Shown here: positions 47,255 through 57,342 of the stretch, piece by piece | Layout: every line of letters begins with the position of its first letter | Numbering within the stretch: position 1 is the stretch's first letter | Assembly (NCBI GenBank): GCA_965228855.1 | Contig: CBDDIJ010000003.1 | Coordinates: 1,536,001 to 1,600,000 of the forward strand | DNA: 64,000 nt | Source: Candidatus Obscuribacterales bacterium | GTDB taxonomy: Bacteria > Cyanobacteriota > Vampirovibrionia > Obscuribacterales > Obscuribacteraceae | Reading direction: 5' to 3' | Translations under genes and position numbers: made by a program | Notes under the pieces: generated by a model | The model's input: only the letters and a program-made list of their open reading frames with translations | Databases searched by the model: none | Told to the model about the DNA's origin: nothing

Positions 47255-47635
47255 TCAGCCCTGAAGTGCTTGCTCGCAGATCGTTTGCATGGCCCGCTGG
47301 CTGATGTAAGGATTCTCATCATCAGCAAGCCTGAGCAGTACTGTCACAGGCACGCAGGTTCCGTCGGCGATTGCGTATCTAACCTCCAGGCTATCGTGCC
47401 TGGTCAAAGCTTCCAAAATCTGTCGCGGCAATGATGGGTTTAGAGCTGCAGCTGCCACAACCCCGACGTTCCAATCAGCCGCCAACCTCATCAACGCCTC
47501 GGCGGACGTGGAAGGATTCTCGGCTGCCTGTTTTCGCACTCTGCATTCTGCGGCTCTTGCCAGACGATCCAAAACCCTCGTAGGAGTATTCGGGCTACCA
47601 GCAAGAACGTAATCAACTTGTTCAACTGTAATCAT
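47255..47635 (-). CDS. HEAT / leucine-rich-variant repeat protein
   Basis: AxNPST...L..LA.D....V repeats; GAGGGGG SD before ATG 47635. Confidence 0.7.
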   Translation of the reverse strand: MITVEQVDYVLAGSPNTPTRVLDRLARAAECRVRKQAAENPSTSAEALMRLAADWNVGVVAAAALNPSLPRQILEALTRHDSLEVRYAIADGTCVPVTVLLRLADDENPYISQRAMQTICEQALQG

Positions 47636-47676
47636 GATACGTTCCCCCTCTTCAATCGAAACAATTACAACTGTCT

Positions 47677-48093
47677 CTACGCCTTCGCCCAAAGTGATAC
47701 CACTCGTTCAAGAATGGGACCGATATTGACGGCTGAAGGCGGTTTTCTCAAATAGAAATTCATGCCGTTTTGAAGTGCCTGAAGCACATCCTCTTCGTCT
47801 TGAGAGACCGTAAGGACGATAACCGGAATTTCAGGCAATCCGGTTTCCATGTGTAGAAGCTTGAGAAACTGATGCCCATTAACTTTCGGCATGTTCAAAT
47901 CAAGAACGATCACATTCGGAAACCTTCCACTTCCTTCATCACGGCGCTCGCGGAGGTAATTAATCGCATCCTCTCCGTCTACCGAGCGACAAATATGATG
48001 AGGAAGTCTTGTGTCGATCAAGGCTTCTTTCAAAAGTCTCGCATCTGCGGCGTTATCTTCGACCACCAGAATTTCTATCTCTCTATTCTGCAT
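47677..48093 (-). CDS. Single-domain response regulator (Rcp1-like)
   Basis: ILVVEDN..D, DGEDAI, LDLNMPKVNG, IPVIVLT and KP motifs. Confidence 0.92.
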   Translation of the reverse strand: MQNREIEILVVEDNAADARLLKEALIDTRLPHHICRSVDGEDAINYLRERRDEGSGRFPNVIVLDLNMPKVNGHQFLKLLHMETGLPEIPVIVLTVSQDEEDVLQALQNGMNFYLRKPPSAVNIGPILERVVSLWAKA

Positions 48094-48108
48094 TCTCTAT
48101 ACCTCCCA

Positions 48109-49326
48109 TTAATTACTCATGGGAAGCGCAATCACAAACGTGCTTCCCTTCCCAGTCTCTGACTCAACCCATATACGACCGCCATGATTCTCCACAACAG
48201 ATTTGCAAATCGCTAAACCTATTCCGCTTCCTGACGGCACCATATGCGATGATAATCTGCGGAACATCCCAAAAATTTCTTCGTGGTAGGCCGGAGCTAT
48301 TCCTATTCCATTGTCCGAAACGTAGAGTAAAACGTTGTTTCCGGTTCGCTCACTGGATATCCTTACCACTAGCGGCTCTTGAGAGCGAAACCTCACAGCA
48401 TTCAAAACCAAGTTCTGAAATAGTTGCACTAGCTGGGTGCGATCGCCCACAACAATCGGCAGTTCGTCTTGAATTACAGTGGCACCACTTTGCTCGATCG
48501 AAACTGCAATATTCGATAGCGCCTCGGTAACCACACTCTCCAGTTCCGTGCTCTGGAATCGCTCTATGCCCTGCTTCACCCTCGCATGACTCAAGACACC
48601 TTGTATAAGCGATTCCATGCGACGGGTTCCATCTACAACAAAGTCGAGGAATTCTTCGCCGTCCCTGTCGAGACTATCGGAGTAGCGTCGTTTCAACAGA
48701 TCGCAATAACCTTGAATTACCCGAAGTGGTTCCTGCAAATCGTGAGAGGCGACTCTCACCATACTCATGAGCACCGCATTTGATGCCTGTAACTCTCGTA
48801 CAGCAGCCTCCAGCGAACCCTCAGCACGAATTCGCTGTTGAACTTCCCTGCGAAGGTTATCGTTGGCTTTCTGCAACTCCCTGGTGCGTCCTTTGACACG
48901 CAACTCCAGACTGTCGGCGAGGCCCTTGACCTGTCCGGTTAAGTGGCTTATCGCCGTAGCGACAACAAACATCACAACAAAGGATAGAAATAGAGGCGGA
49001 TCGATGGGATCGAACGCACATCGGGGAGGCATGATGAAGAAGTCGAAGCAGAGCACGCTCAGAGCACAAGCCAGAAGTGATGAGAAGCGGCTGCACGTAA
49101 GCGAAATTACAACAATGGCAAGCAGATAAATTCCAATCACGTTCTCCTCATCCATGTGCATGGAGATGAAGACACCAAGCATCGTGGACATGGAGATCGC
49201 AACGCCGACCACTAACGTGTCGCGAAGCGCTCGCGACTGCCATCTCTCTTTTTCTTGAATAAAGCTGCCTGTTTCGGCGCTGTTGATCTCAGAACAAGAG
49301 TCAGTCTTGTTCAGTGTTTGAAGCAT
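48109..49326 (-). CDS. Membrane histidine kinase with DUF4118 (KdpD-like) TM sensor and Cph1-type kinase core
   Basis: Four TM with FDFFIMPP; ASHDLQEPLR, QLFQNL, DNGIGI and GSGIGLAIC; start 49326 fits the GGAGG spacing (ORF open to 49335). Confidence 0.88.
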   Translation of the reverse strand: MLQTLNKTDSCSEINSAETGSFIQEKERWQSRALRDTLVVGVAISMSTMLGVFISMHMDEENVIGIYLLAIVVISLTCSRFSSLLACALSVLCFDFFIMPPRCAFDPIDPPLFLSFVVMFVVATAISHLTGQVKGLADSLELRVKGRTRELQKANDNLRREVQQRIRAEGSLEAAVRELQASNAVLMSMVRVASHDLQEPLRVIQGYCDLLKRRYSDSLDRDGEEFLDFVVDGTRRMESLIQGVLSHARVKQGIERFQSTELESVVTEALSNIAVSIEQSGATVIQDELPIVVGDRTQLVQLFQNLVLNAVRFRSQEPLVVRISSERTGNNVLLYVSDNGIGIAPAYHEEIFGMFRRLSSHMVPSGSGIGLAICKSVVENHGGRIWVESETGKGSTFVIALPMSN

Positions 49327-49559
49327 GATAAACATACCTCCCTTAAGCGAGATGAGTAGGAGGGATGGCTGGAAGTCAGTTTTGGCGATTCGTGTGCAGG
49401 GCAGAAATCACTTGCGGCGAAAGTCCACCTACTTTGAGCGTAGCGCCAAATTGTTATCAAGCTGTGTCTGTTTCGGAACAATCGGCACAGTCATGACATC
49501 TTTAATACACAAGCTCAACAAGCTGGTAAACTTTGGATGCCCTATGGAGTTCAAATGGC

Positions 49560-51626
49560 ATGATTCGACGCCGCAATTTACTCGCTGCTATTGGCAGCTC
49601 TCTGTCCGTTCTTTTTCTGGCTGGTTCTTTGAGCATCACATCACCGCAAAGTAGCGCAATCGCCGCACCAGGCGGAGTTGTTGGTATTGATGTTGCCAAT
49701 ATGGATTTGAATGCGAAACCGGGAGACGACTTCTTTCAATACGCGAATGGCACATGGCTGAAGAAAACGCCGATCCCCAACGAATATGATAAATGGGGCG
49801 TTCTCAACATTATCAACGATAAGAACTTGACTCTTCTCAAGAATATTCTTGAAAAGGCATCCAACGATCAAAGCGCCAAAGGCACTGATAAGAAGATCGG
49901 TGACTTCTACTTCAGTGGAATGAACACTGACAAAATCGAAAAGGATGACTTGGCGCCTCTTTCTGATGAAATTAAACGCATCGAGTCGATAAAATCTCTC
50001 GAGGAGCTTCGCACTGAGACAGCGCGTCTGCATGGCGATGGTGTCGGCGCGTTTTTCAACTTCAGCTCCGGACAAGACTTCAAGGATTCCACGAAGGTTA
50101 TAGGACAGGCATTTCAGGGCGGTCTCGGACTTCCCGATCGCGACTATTACACAAACACCGACGACCACTCTAAAAAGCTTCGAGATCAGTATGTAGAACA
50201 TCTCGGCAAGATGCTTGTTTTAATGGGCTACGAGCAAACCGCTGCCGATGCGCACGCGAAGAAGATTATGGAGATTGAAACAGCTCTGGCTGAAGGCTCC
50301 ATGAAAAACACAGACCTTCGCGATCCCGACAAGATCTATCACAAGATGACGGTTAAAGAGCTCGACGAGTTGACACCGAACTTCATCTGGTCGAAATACT
50401 TCGAGGAGGTCGGTCATCCAAAACTCGGAGACGTCAATGTCGGTCAGCCGGAATTCTTCAAAACCTTCGATAAAAAGCTAGCCGAGGTTTCCCTTGATGA
50501 TTGGAAGGTTTATCTGAAATGGCATTTGATCAATAAATCGGCACCATATCTGTCGAGCCGTTTCGTCGACCAGGATTTTAACTTCTACGGTAAGACTCTG
50601 ACCGGCAAGAAAGAAAATCTGCCACGCTGGAAGCGCGTTGTTAACGCCTCCGATAAAGCGATGGGCGAGGCTGTCGGACAGGCATACGTCGACGTGACAT
50701 TTACTCCTGAAGCGAAAAAACGAGCGCTCAGCCTGGTCGAAGAGATTAAAGATGTATTGCGCGATGACCTTTCGAAACTCGACTGGATGAGCGAAGCGAC
50801 CAGGAAGAATGCAATCGCTAAGCTAGACAAACTCGGTCTGAAAATTGGCTATCCCGATAAATGGAGAGACTACAGCAAGCTGGAGATCGGCAGAGATTCT
50901 TATCTTGCCAATGTCTTCGCAGCTGAGAACTTTGAGTTCCAACGTCAGCTCGATAAAATTGGAAAACCAGTCGATCGCCATGAATGGCTAATGACACCAC
51001 AGACGGTTAACGCTTATTACTGGGCAGAACAAAACGAAATCGTTTTCCCCGCTGGAATTCTCCAGCCGCCAATTTTCGATCCAAAAGCTGATGATGCCAC
51101 TAACCTTGGTGCCATGGGGATGATCATCGGGCACGAACTCACCCATGGTTTCGACGACCAGGGCAGTAAATTTGACGGAGATGGCAACCTTAAAGACTGG
51201 TGGTCACCTGAAGACGCCAAACGCTTCAAAGAGCGAGTGGCGCTGATAGAGAAACAGTACGAAACGTATAAGGTGATCGATGACGTTCGTTTCAAAGGCA
51301 AACTCGTTGCCGGAGAAGCGGCAGCTGACCTGGGTGGTCTAACCATCGCTTACAAAACTCTAGAGAAAATTCTCGGTGACAAACCACGCGAGAAAGACGC
51401 TAATGGTTTCACGCCTGAACAGCGCTTCTTCATCTCCTTTGCTCAAGCCTGGGCAACTAATATTCGTCCGGAGAAAGAGCGTTTGATGGCCAATACTGAT
51501 CCGCACCCGACTCCCCGCTACAGAGTAATTGGGACTCTCGCCAACATGGAAGCTTTCGAGAAAACGTTTACCGAAGGCGATAAGACAATGATGCTGCCGT
51601 CGGCGAATCGTTGCCAACTCTGGTAG
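49560..51626 (+). CDS. pepO: M13 family metalloendopeptidase (PepO / neprilysin-like)
   Basis: DDFFQYANG.W, KIGYPD, VNAYY, FPAGILQ, GHELTHGFD, GEAAADLGG; RRR-containing signal peptide. Confidence 0.92.
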   Translation: MIRRRNLLAAIGSSLSVLFLAGSLSITSPQSSAIAAPGGVVGIDVANMDLNAKPGDDFFQYANGTWLKKTPIPNEYDKWGVLNIINDKNLTLLKNILEKASNDQSAKGTDKKIGDFYFSGMNTDKIEKDDLAPLSDEIKRIESIKSLEELRTETARLHGDGVGAFFNFSSGQDFKDSTKVIGQAFQGGLGLPDRDYYTNTDDHSKKLRDQYVEHLGKMLVLMGYEQTAADAHAKKIMEIETALAEGSMKNTDLRDPDKIYHKMTVKELDELTPNFIWSKYFEEVGHPKLGDVNVGQPEFFKTFDKKLAEVSLDDWKVYLKWHLINKSAPYLSSRFVDQDFNFYGKTLTGKKENLPRWKRVVNASDKAMGEAVGQAYVDVTFTPEAKKRALSLVEEIKDVLRDDLSKLDWMSEATRKNAIAKLDKLGLKIGYPDKWRDYSKLEIGRDSYLANVFAAENFEFQRQLDKIGKPVDRHEWLMTPQTVNAYYWAEQNEIVFPAGILQPPIFDPKADDATNLGAMGMIIGHELTHGFDDQGSKFDGDGNLKDWWSPEDAKRFKERVALIEKQYETYKVIDDVRFKGKLVAGEAAADLGGLTIAYKTLEKILGDKPREKDANGFTPEQRFFISFAQAWATNIRPEKERLMANTDPHPTPRYRVIGTLANMEAFEKTFTEGDKTMMLPSANRCQLW

Positions 51627-51639
51627 AACGGAACCTCAA

Positions 51640-53196
51640 TCAGGACGGGAATTCATCGTCGTCGCCGCCGGCGGGGAACATTCGGTGTGCGCCGATAGCC
51701 GCAGCCAATGACGAAGCAGCACTTGGCGCTTTCAAACGCGCTCTGGCTTCCGCCTCCTGATACTTCTTCTTGTTCGAGCGAATCGTTTCTGTAGCCTTGT
51801 CGAAATACTCTCCTGGTGTCACACATGGAAGCTTTCTTGCTTTATCGTATGCAACCAGAATCTTCGCGTCTTCAATCAATCGCTTTATGTCAGCGCCGGT
51901 AAGCCCGTCCGTTTCTGCTGCTAGTTTGGCCATGTCGTACTTTCGAAGCTCAAGCGGCAATTTGTACTTGTGATCGTTCAAAATATCTTCCCGCGCTTTT
52001 GCATCAGGCAGTTTGGTTTCCAGCCATAATTCTATGCGACCGGAACGCACCAGTGCTGGTGGCACGCTTCCAACGTCCATCGTGGTCATTATTATGCACA
52101 CTCGCCTGTTACTCTCGCTTTCCAGACCGTCGAGCATGGTCAGCAAGTAACGGTAGAGTCCGAAGTCTTCTTTGTTTTCAAAGATTACATCGCTATCGTC
52201 TATGAATATTATTGATGGTGCGTTATTTTTTGCAGACTCGAAAACCCGCTGAATCTTCGCGTAGAAATCACGGCTACCAGAGATAAATGTTCCGTCAACG
52301 AGAAAGAACTTGCTTTTCAATCGGTGAGCAAGAGCCCTCCCGATGGTGGTCTTTCCAGTGCCGGGTGGACCGGCAAGCAACACACCTCTTTTGGGTTGAA
52401 TATCATATTCGGTGGCAAGGTCATCTCTCTCCAGCGGGATAATGATGTTTGCTTCGAGGCTCTCAATTACATCATCAACGCCACGCAGAGATTTGATATC
52501 TACAGCCTCGACCTCTTCCAGGTCCACGTTGCTTCCCATACGCTGATTACGCATGTACTCGATAAACTTTTCCGTATCGAGGCTCTTCGTTTTTTGCAAC
52601 CATATACACGCACTGCGCAATTGGTGCGCGTTCAGTTTCGGCGCAAAGCGAAAAATCTTGTGGAAGTCGAGTTTTTTAGCTTTGTCTCCAAGATAACTTT
52701 GGCACAGTGCCTGGTAATCCGAAAAATCGAACTTGCGAACGTTAGCACAATAGCCTCGATTCCAGATGGGTCTCGGAGTGTTTCCTTCCATTCCGAAAAT
52801 CAATTTCTTGCTCGGATGGTTTGCAACAAATGTGGCAACACTGGTTAAAATCGCCTCGACGAACTTTCCGCGCGGATATGGAGAACCGAATCCACAGCCG
52901 GATATCACGTCGTAAATCAAATCCAGGTCATCCATGATGACAATATCGCTTTTCGAAAGTGCAGACATCAGCATCGCCTCGAGAGTTTCTTCCATGGCGA
53001 GTGGATCTTGCTTGCGGATATCATCGATGAAGTCTTTGCAGGTTAGAAACTGTCCGCCCTTGTTTTTGTGGAACTCCTCAAGAATGGTCGTTTTCCCCAT
53101 TCCCGCATGAGCCCAGACAATGAGAATATTGCCTGCGTCATATGCCTCGTTTAAATAATCGAAAGCCTTTTGCTGAGCTGGGGACAGCTTGATCAT
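51640..53196 (-). CDS. AAA+ ATPase with a degenerate N-terminal AAA module
   Basis: AGMGKTT/IMDDLD and GPPGTGKT/IFIDDSD, PALVRSGR, GLTGADI; AGGAGG SD before ATG 53196. Confidence 0.85.
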   Translation of the reverse strand: MIKLSPAQQKAFDYLNEAYDAGNILIVWAHAGMGKTTILEEFHKNKGGQFLTCKDFIDDIRKQDPLAMEETLEAMLMSALSKSDIVIMDDLDLIYDVISGCGFGSPYPRGKFVEAILTSVATFVANHPSKKLIFGMEGNTPRPIWNRGYCANVRKFDFSDYQALCQSYLGDKAKKLDFHKIFRFAPKLNAHQLRSACIWLQKTKSLDTEKFIEYMRNQRMGSNVDLEEVEAVDIKSLRGVDDVIESLEANIIIPLERDDLATEYDIQPKRGVLLAGPPGTGKTTIGRALAHRLKSKFFLVDGTFISGSRDFYAKIQRVFESAKNNAPSIIFIDDSDVIFENKEDFGLYRYLLTMLDGLESESNRRVCIIMTTMDVGSVPPALVRSGRIELWLETKLPDAKAREDILNDHKYKLPLELRKYDMAKLAAETDGLTGADIKRLIEDAKILVAYDKARKLPCVTPGEYFDKATETIRSNKKKYQEAEARARLKAPSAASSLAAAIGAHRMFPAGGDDDEFPS

Positions 53197-53447
53197 GAAA
53201 CCTCCTGAACCTTCAGCGCGCTGAAGGTCGTTCCTGTGAGATGCCTGCAATGCCTGGACTACTACATGGGATGCCGAGTTTCAGAGGATGCCTGGATGCC
53301 TGGACTTCTATCGTTCCCTAATTGACACGTGAATTATCTGCCGCATAGACCCTTATACCAGATTGTTACGCAGCCCGCCGACCGTTTGGCAGAAACGGAG
53401 CAGATACCGTTTCTACCTGACAGTGATGCAACCAAGCCCGGATTTTT

Positions 53448-53876
53448 CTAAACCGCCTGCTCCAGTATATCGCCCTCGATGTACATCCACCGACCATCGA
53501 GCTTTTCAAAACGACTCTTCTCTTTGAACGTATTGTCGAGCCCGCCCTGGCGCAAGTAGGCTGTGAAAGTCACAAATGCCTCTTCGCTACCATCAACAAA
53601 CTCGTCGACCGTTAGTGAATCAAACTGAGTATGCTGCGAGAATTTGTGCAGGTCCTCACGCCACGCCGCGGTGTCTGCCTGGAAGTTAGGATTTTTCGGA
53701 TGCGTCGTTTCAATAATGTAGTCACTCAAGTCCAGTGCGTATGCCGAGTAACGAGAGCGCATAAGTTTCAGTGCACTTTCAGGAAGAGCTCCATCATGAT
53801 ATGGTTTGCAGCACTTGTGATAGAGGGCTTTGCTACTGCACGGGCAGTTGAAATACTTTGACACAGTTTGCGACAC
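53448..53876 (-). CDS. ychJ: YchJ (SEC-C motif) family protein
   Basis: CPC.S..Y..CC.PYH, LMRSRYSAY, E.SRF...GRW.Y..G. Confidence 0.9.
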   Translation of the reverse strand: MSQTVSKYFNCPCSSKALYHKCCKPYHDGALPESALKLMRSRYSAYALDLSDYIIETTHPKNPNFQADTAAWREDLHKFSQHTQFDSLTVDEFVDGSEEAFVTFTAYLRQGGLDNTFKEKSRFEKLDGRWMYIEGDILEQAV

Positions 53877-53970
53877 CTTTACGAGTGAAACATGCCGAGA
53901 TTTTTAAACATGGCACGTCAAAGATTGTATTATGTCCAATGTAAATCGGTCTTGTTGAGCGAGGTTTCTT

Positions 53971-54513
53971 ATGAAACGCTTTAGATTTTTGGTTGCATCT
54001 TTGGGCATGACAGCTTGCGCACTCAGTTTCCATGTCGGCGCATTCGCTCAAAGCTCAACAGTCAGCTCCGAAACTACAGTTCAAACCCGCGGCGTCGGCT
54101 TCAAGGGCGCAAATGTTTTCAACCCTAAATACAAAGAGCGCATCGGCACGTACGCCGAGCAAATCGAAATGGGTCAGAACAAAGGTTGGTTGACACCAGA
54201 AGAAGTATCTCAGTTTAAATCAAGGCTCGAAGGAATGAAACAGCAAGAAGCGGCTGCAGCAGCAAAAGGCTGGGTAAAATCCGACATCGACGCAATCGAT
54301 AAAGTTTTCACTCAATTTAATATCGACCTGACCAAAGCCGCGAATAAACCAGCGCCTTCAGCGAACTCTGCAAAATCGGACGACGAAACAACTGACACCG
54401 CCCCCAGTACCACTACGAAAAACAAAACCACCACAAAGGCAGTTACGAAGAAGGCAGCTGCAGCTGCAAAAACGACTACGAAGAAAACTGTCAGCAAAAA
54501 AGCCACAAAGTAA
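53971..54513 (+). CDS. Secreted hypothetical protein with a Lys/Ala/Thr-rich tail
   Basis: Signal peptide; C-terminal KKAAAAAKTTTKK. Confidence 0.65.
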   Translation: MKRFRFLVASLGMTACALSFHVGAFAQSSTVSSETTVQTRGVGFKGANVFNPKYKERIGTYAEQIEMGQNKGWLTPEEVSQFKSRLEGMKQQEAAAAAKGWVKSDIDAIDKVFTQFNIDLTKAANKPAPSANSAKSDDETTDTAPSTTTKNKTTTKAVTKKAAAAAKTTTKKTVSKKATK

Positions 54514-54522
54514 CACCGTTAG

Positions 54523-55071
54523 CTAGTGACCAGACAGTTGAACCGTACAAACTGTGGTGAGCGTGTTTACGGCTATCAACCCTAGAGTAGCGAAACCATA
54601 CTTGCGAAATTGCCGCCAGCTTTCGGACGTGTAGATTAAGAGCCCGCTAGACACGATGGTCAGAAGGCTCACTTGAGCCGCGACAGCGAGCAGATCACTT
54701 TGCCACGGCAGGCATTGATATTCCGGTACGTTGTGGTATCTGTAAATCCCCCACAAGGGAACGCTTAGACTGACCAACGCTGGGGGCAGCAAAAACGTTG
54801 CCTGTAGGCGGCTTGGCACATTCTTGCGGTCGCTAGTGCATAGGTGTACCAACCACCATGTGAGGGGACAAATTGGGGGTGTGATGTAACTTAGAAAAAA
54901 CGACCATAGTATCATTGAGAAGGTCCCCCACGTCAGCCACAGAGGCGGGGTAGCTAACAGCCCCTCCGGTGGAACTAAGTCCCGAATCACCCCGTAGTAA
55001 TAGCCGACCACACAGGCGCTTACGACCAAAATCGTGCTCGATATGACTGATGTTCTAAGTCCGTTTGTCAC
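54523..55071 (-). CDS. Hypothetical membrane protein
   Basis: Multiple hydrophobic segments; start uncertain. Confidence 0.45.
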   Translation of the reverse strand: MTNGLRTSVISSTILVVSACVVGYYYGVIRDLVPPEGLLATPPLWLTWGTFSMILWSFFLSYITPPICPLTWWLVHLCTSDRKNVPSRLQATFLLPPALVSLSVPLWGIYRYHNVPEYQCLPWQSDLLAVAAQVSLLTIVSSGLLIYTSESWRQFRKYGFATLGLIAVNTLTTVCTVQLSGH

Positions 55072-55185
55072 TTTCCTGGTCGCTCGATCGTCTGACTGAC
55101 AAGATTTATATACCCATCGAAGCCGCTACGCGTTCGAGAGAGCTAAACTCTCCTCTAAGATGGTGTCCGTAGAGGCTGGAACGGT

Positions 55186-55818
55186 CTACTTTTGCTTTCG
55201 ATAGTACATATACAGATCCATGCCGGGCGGGTTGGAAGTGACGTACATGCTTGTCTGAATGCCCGACGACTCTACACCTTCGACTTCGGCAAAGAAACCG
55301 AAGTGACCGAGTTCGGAAACTACCTCGCGAAACATATCACGCGGCACGATTACAGCTGTCAAAATAGAGTCCTTTAGCATCGATTGAAGCAGTAAACGAA
55401 CGATCGCGTGTGCCACTGCCTGCGGTTCCGTGCTGGCATCCGGGGTGGTGCGCACATAAATCGCACCGCGTTTGTTTCGATCGATATTGAGTTTGTTCAA
55501 ACGATGGCTTCCCATCGCCTTTCCCTCGTGATACCAGAGATCCTCATAGACTCTAGTTTTCAAATCCTCTTCATCAAGAGAAACCCTGGTCGTCTTCCGA
55601 TAACTTACACGAAGACTCGTGATTGGTCGGAGTTTCGAACCAGGGTTTGCAAATAGCTGTTTCTTTTTTTCAACATCAACATAGATGATCCAGTCATTGT
55701 TGATGTTTAAATGCGTCTCTCCGAAGTCGCCTTCATTCGCCGCAGCTAAAGCCGGTGATGCCGGAATGACGGTCAAAAAGATTACCGTCAGAAAAATTGC
55801 CAGGCGTTTAAACGACAT
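55186..55818 (-). CDS. Secreted hypothetical protein
   Basis: Signal peptide; 9 bp downstream of the thaumatin-like gene. Confidence 0.6.
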   Translation of the reverse strand: MSFKRLAIFLTVIFLTVIPASPALAAANEGDFGETHLNINNDWIIYVDVEKKKQLFANPGSKLRPITSLRVSYRKTTRVSLDEEDLKTRVYEDLWYHEGKAMGSHRLNKLNIDRNKRGAIYVRTTPDASTEPQAVAHAIVRLLLQSMLKDSILTAVIVPRDMFREVVSELGHFGFFAEVEGVESSGIQTSMYVTSNPPGMDLYMYYRKQK

Positions 55819-55827
55819 CGCTTGGGT

Positions 55828-56619
55828 TTAATAGAACTGCTTGAACACTACAGCGACTTCGCCACCAGATGAGGTGGCAGGTCTTTGAACGTTGCAAACA
55901 GCTTTAGTGTTGGCGTTACCCCAGTTCAGCCAAACGTTGTTGCAACCTGGGTTATCGCTGCTCGTGCAGTTGTCGCAACCAGGCGGAAATACACCGACTT
56001 TATTCAGGTTCGGACTGTTAGGTTTTGTCCCAAGTGGCAAATTCGAGAACGTCGTAACACTGGTCTGTCCTGCAGTTCCCCAGTTGCCGCCGCCACTCAG
56101 GTTGAACTGCATTCGGCAGTTTACGCCGTTAACGCAGCTTATATCGATTGCCTCCTGCGGAGATGGGGCTTGAGGCGGATGAACGTAAGCAGGAGTGTTG
56201 TTGTCGAGTGTGAACTCGGCCAGGTTTATTCCATTAGGATAATTTGTCGGAGGGCAGCTCAGAGGCGGAGTGCCAAAGGAAATGTTTCCGCTGATAGCGG
56301 TGCCCGGCGGTGGATTGTACGTGACTTTCTGTCCGCGCTGGAGCATGAATGAACCTTGTAGACCGCTCCCCGACCAGGTAACAGGAGGGTTGAACGTCAC
56401 TTGTTGTACGTTTTGAACGTATCCCGGGTTGGTTCCATAAAATCCGGGGAAGGCACCCAGAGTCAAATAGACCTGAACCGCGGCGTTGCTTCCATTGGTG
56501 ACCGACAGCGCCGTCTGTCCCATTCCCTGCGCTTTTGTAGGGACATTGCTCGTGTACCAGAAGGCACACAATGCCGCGACGAAAACGCTTAGCATAGCTG
56601 CTACGCGACCTTTTCTCAT
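55828..56619 (-). CDS. Secreted thaumatin-like protein
   Basis: LSVTN, SGNI.F...C, LAEFTL, DISCVNGVN resemble thaumatin TLAEFTL...YDVSLVDGFN; Cys-rich; GGAGG SD before ATG 56619. Confidence 0.6.
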   Translation of the reverse strand: MRKGRVAAMLSVFVAALCAFWYTSNVPTKAQGMGQTALSVTNGSNAAVQVYLTLGAFPGFYGTNPGYVQNVQQVTFNPPVTWSGSGLQGSFMLQRGQKVTYNPPPGTAISGNISFGTPPLSCPPTNYPNGINLAEFTLDNNTPAYVHPPQAPSPQEAIDISCVNGVNCRMQFNLSGGGNWGTAGQTSVTTFSNLPLGTKPNSPNLNKVGVFPPGCDNCTSSDNPGCNNVWLNWGNANTKAVCNVQRPATSSGGEVAVVFKQFY

Positions 56620-56699
56620 ATCGATCCTCCAACTCAAACGAACCTACCCAGGAGACAAACCATTCCTTCCAGGAAGTTTTCAATTATCGCAGATGAAAC

Positions 56700-57287
56700 C
56701 TATTCGTTAATGAAATATCGCTTTGTAGTCGGATTGCGGCCAAGGTTTTCCCAGTTTCGAGACGCGCTGAGGAGAAACGGTACGGGGCTTGTGATTCCCG
56801 GTATCGTCAAACCGCCGGAAGCAGGAGACAAAATGGCCGGCGAAATCAGAGCCTGCACCTCAAGATCGAGATTGTAGATGCAAGGAGATTTCTCAACATC
56901 GGGCAGCCATGCTGTCGGAATTTGGCCAGGCTTCTCGACCACCAGAACTTCGATAGGATGAGCATTAAGAAAAACGCGAGAAGCTCGCATTTTGAGTTTA
57001 AGCTTAGTGCACTTAACTCCACCAAGTCGCTCAAGCCGCGTGGCAAGCGACGGGTCTGCTTCTAATATGTCATGCGCCTGGCTATATGTCTCGCAAAGCG
57101 CCAATTTGCGTACGTAACCGTTCACTATTTCCTGAGCGAGCAGCCAACGGACCGGCAAAATCGCAAAGTCGAGAAATGGCAAAAGTATCACAAGGACTAG
57201 CATGACTATGGCTGCGGTAAACTCAGCCAATTGGCTACCTCGCGTTGAGCGACGCAGATGATTTTCGAATTTTCGAGAACGACGCAT
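56700..57287 (-). CDS. TadE-like pseudopilin
   Basis: RG|SQLAEF followed by a hydrophobic helix (prepilin-type G...E+5). Confidence 0.65.
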   Translation of the reverse strand: MRRSRKFENHLRRSTRGSQLAEFTAAIVMLVLVILLPFLDFAILPVRWLLAQEIVNGYVRKLALCETYSQAHDILEADPSLATRLERLGGVKCTKLKLKMRASRVFLNAHPIEVLVVEKPGQIPTAWLPDVEKSPCIYNLDLEVQALISPAILSPASGGLTIPGITSPVPFLLSASRNWENLGRNPTTKRYFINE

Positions 57288-57342
57288 TGGTAAAACGCTT
57301 TTCGTGCGATACTTTGGAAGCCCGACTTACGGATAAAGTACC

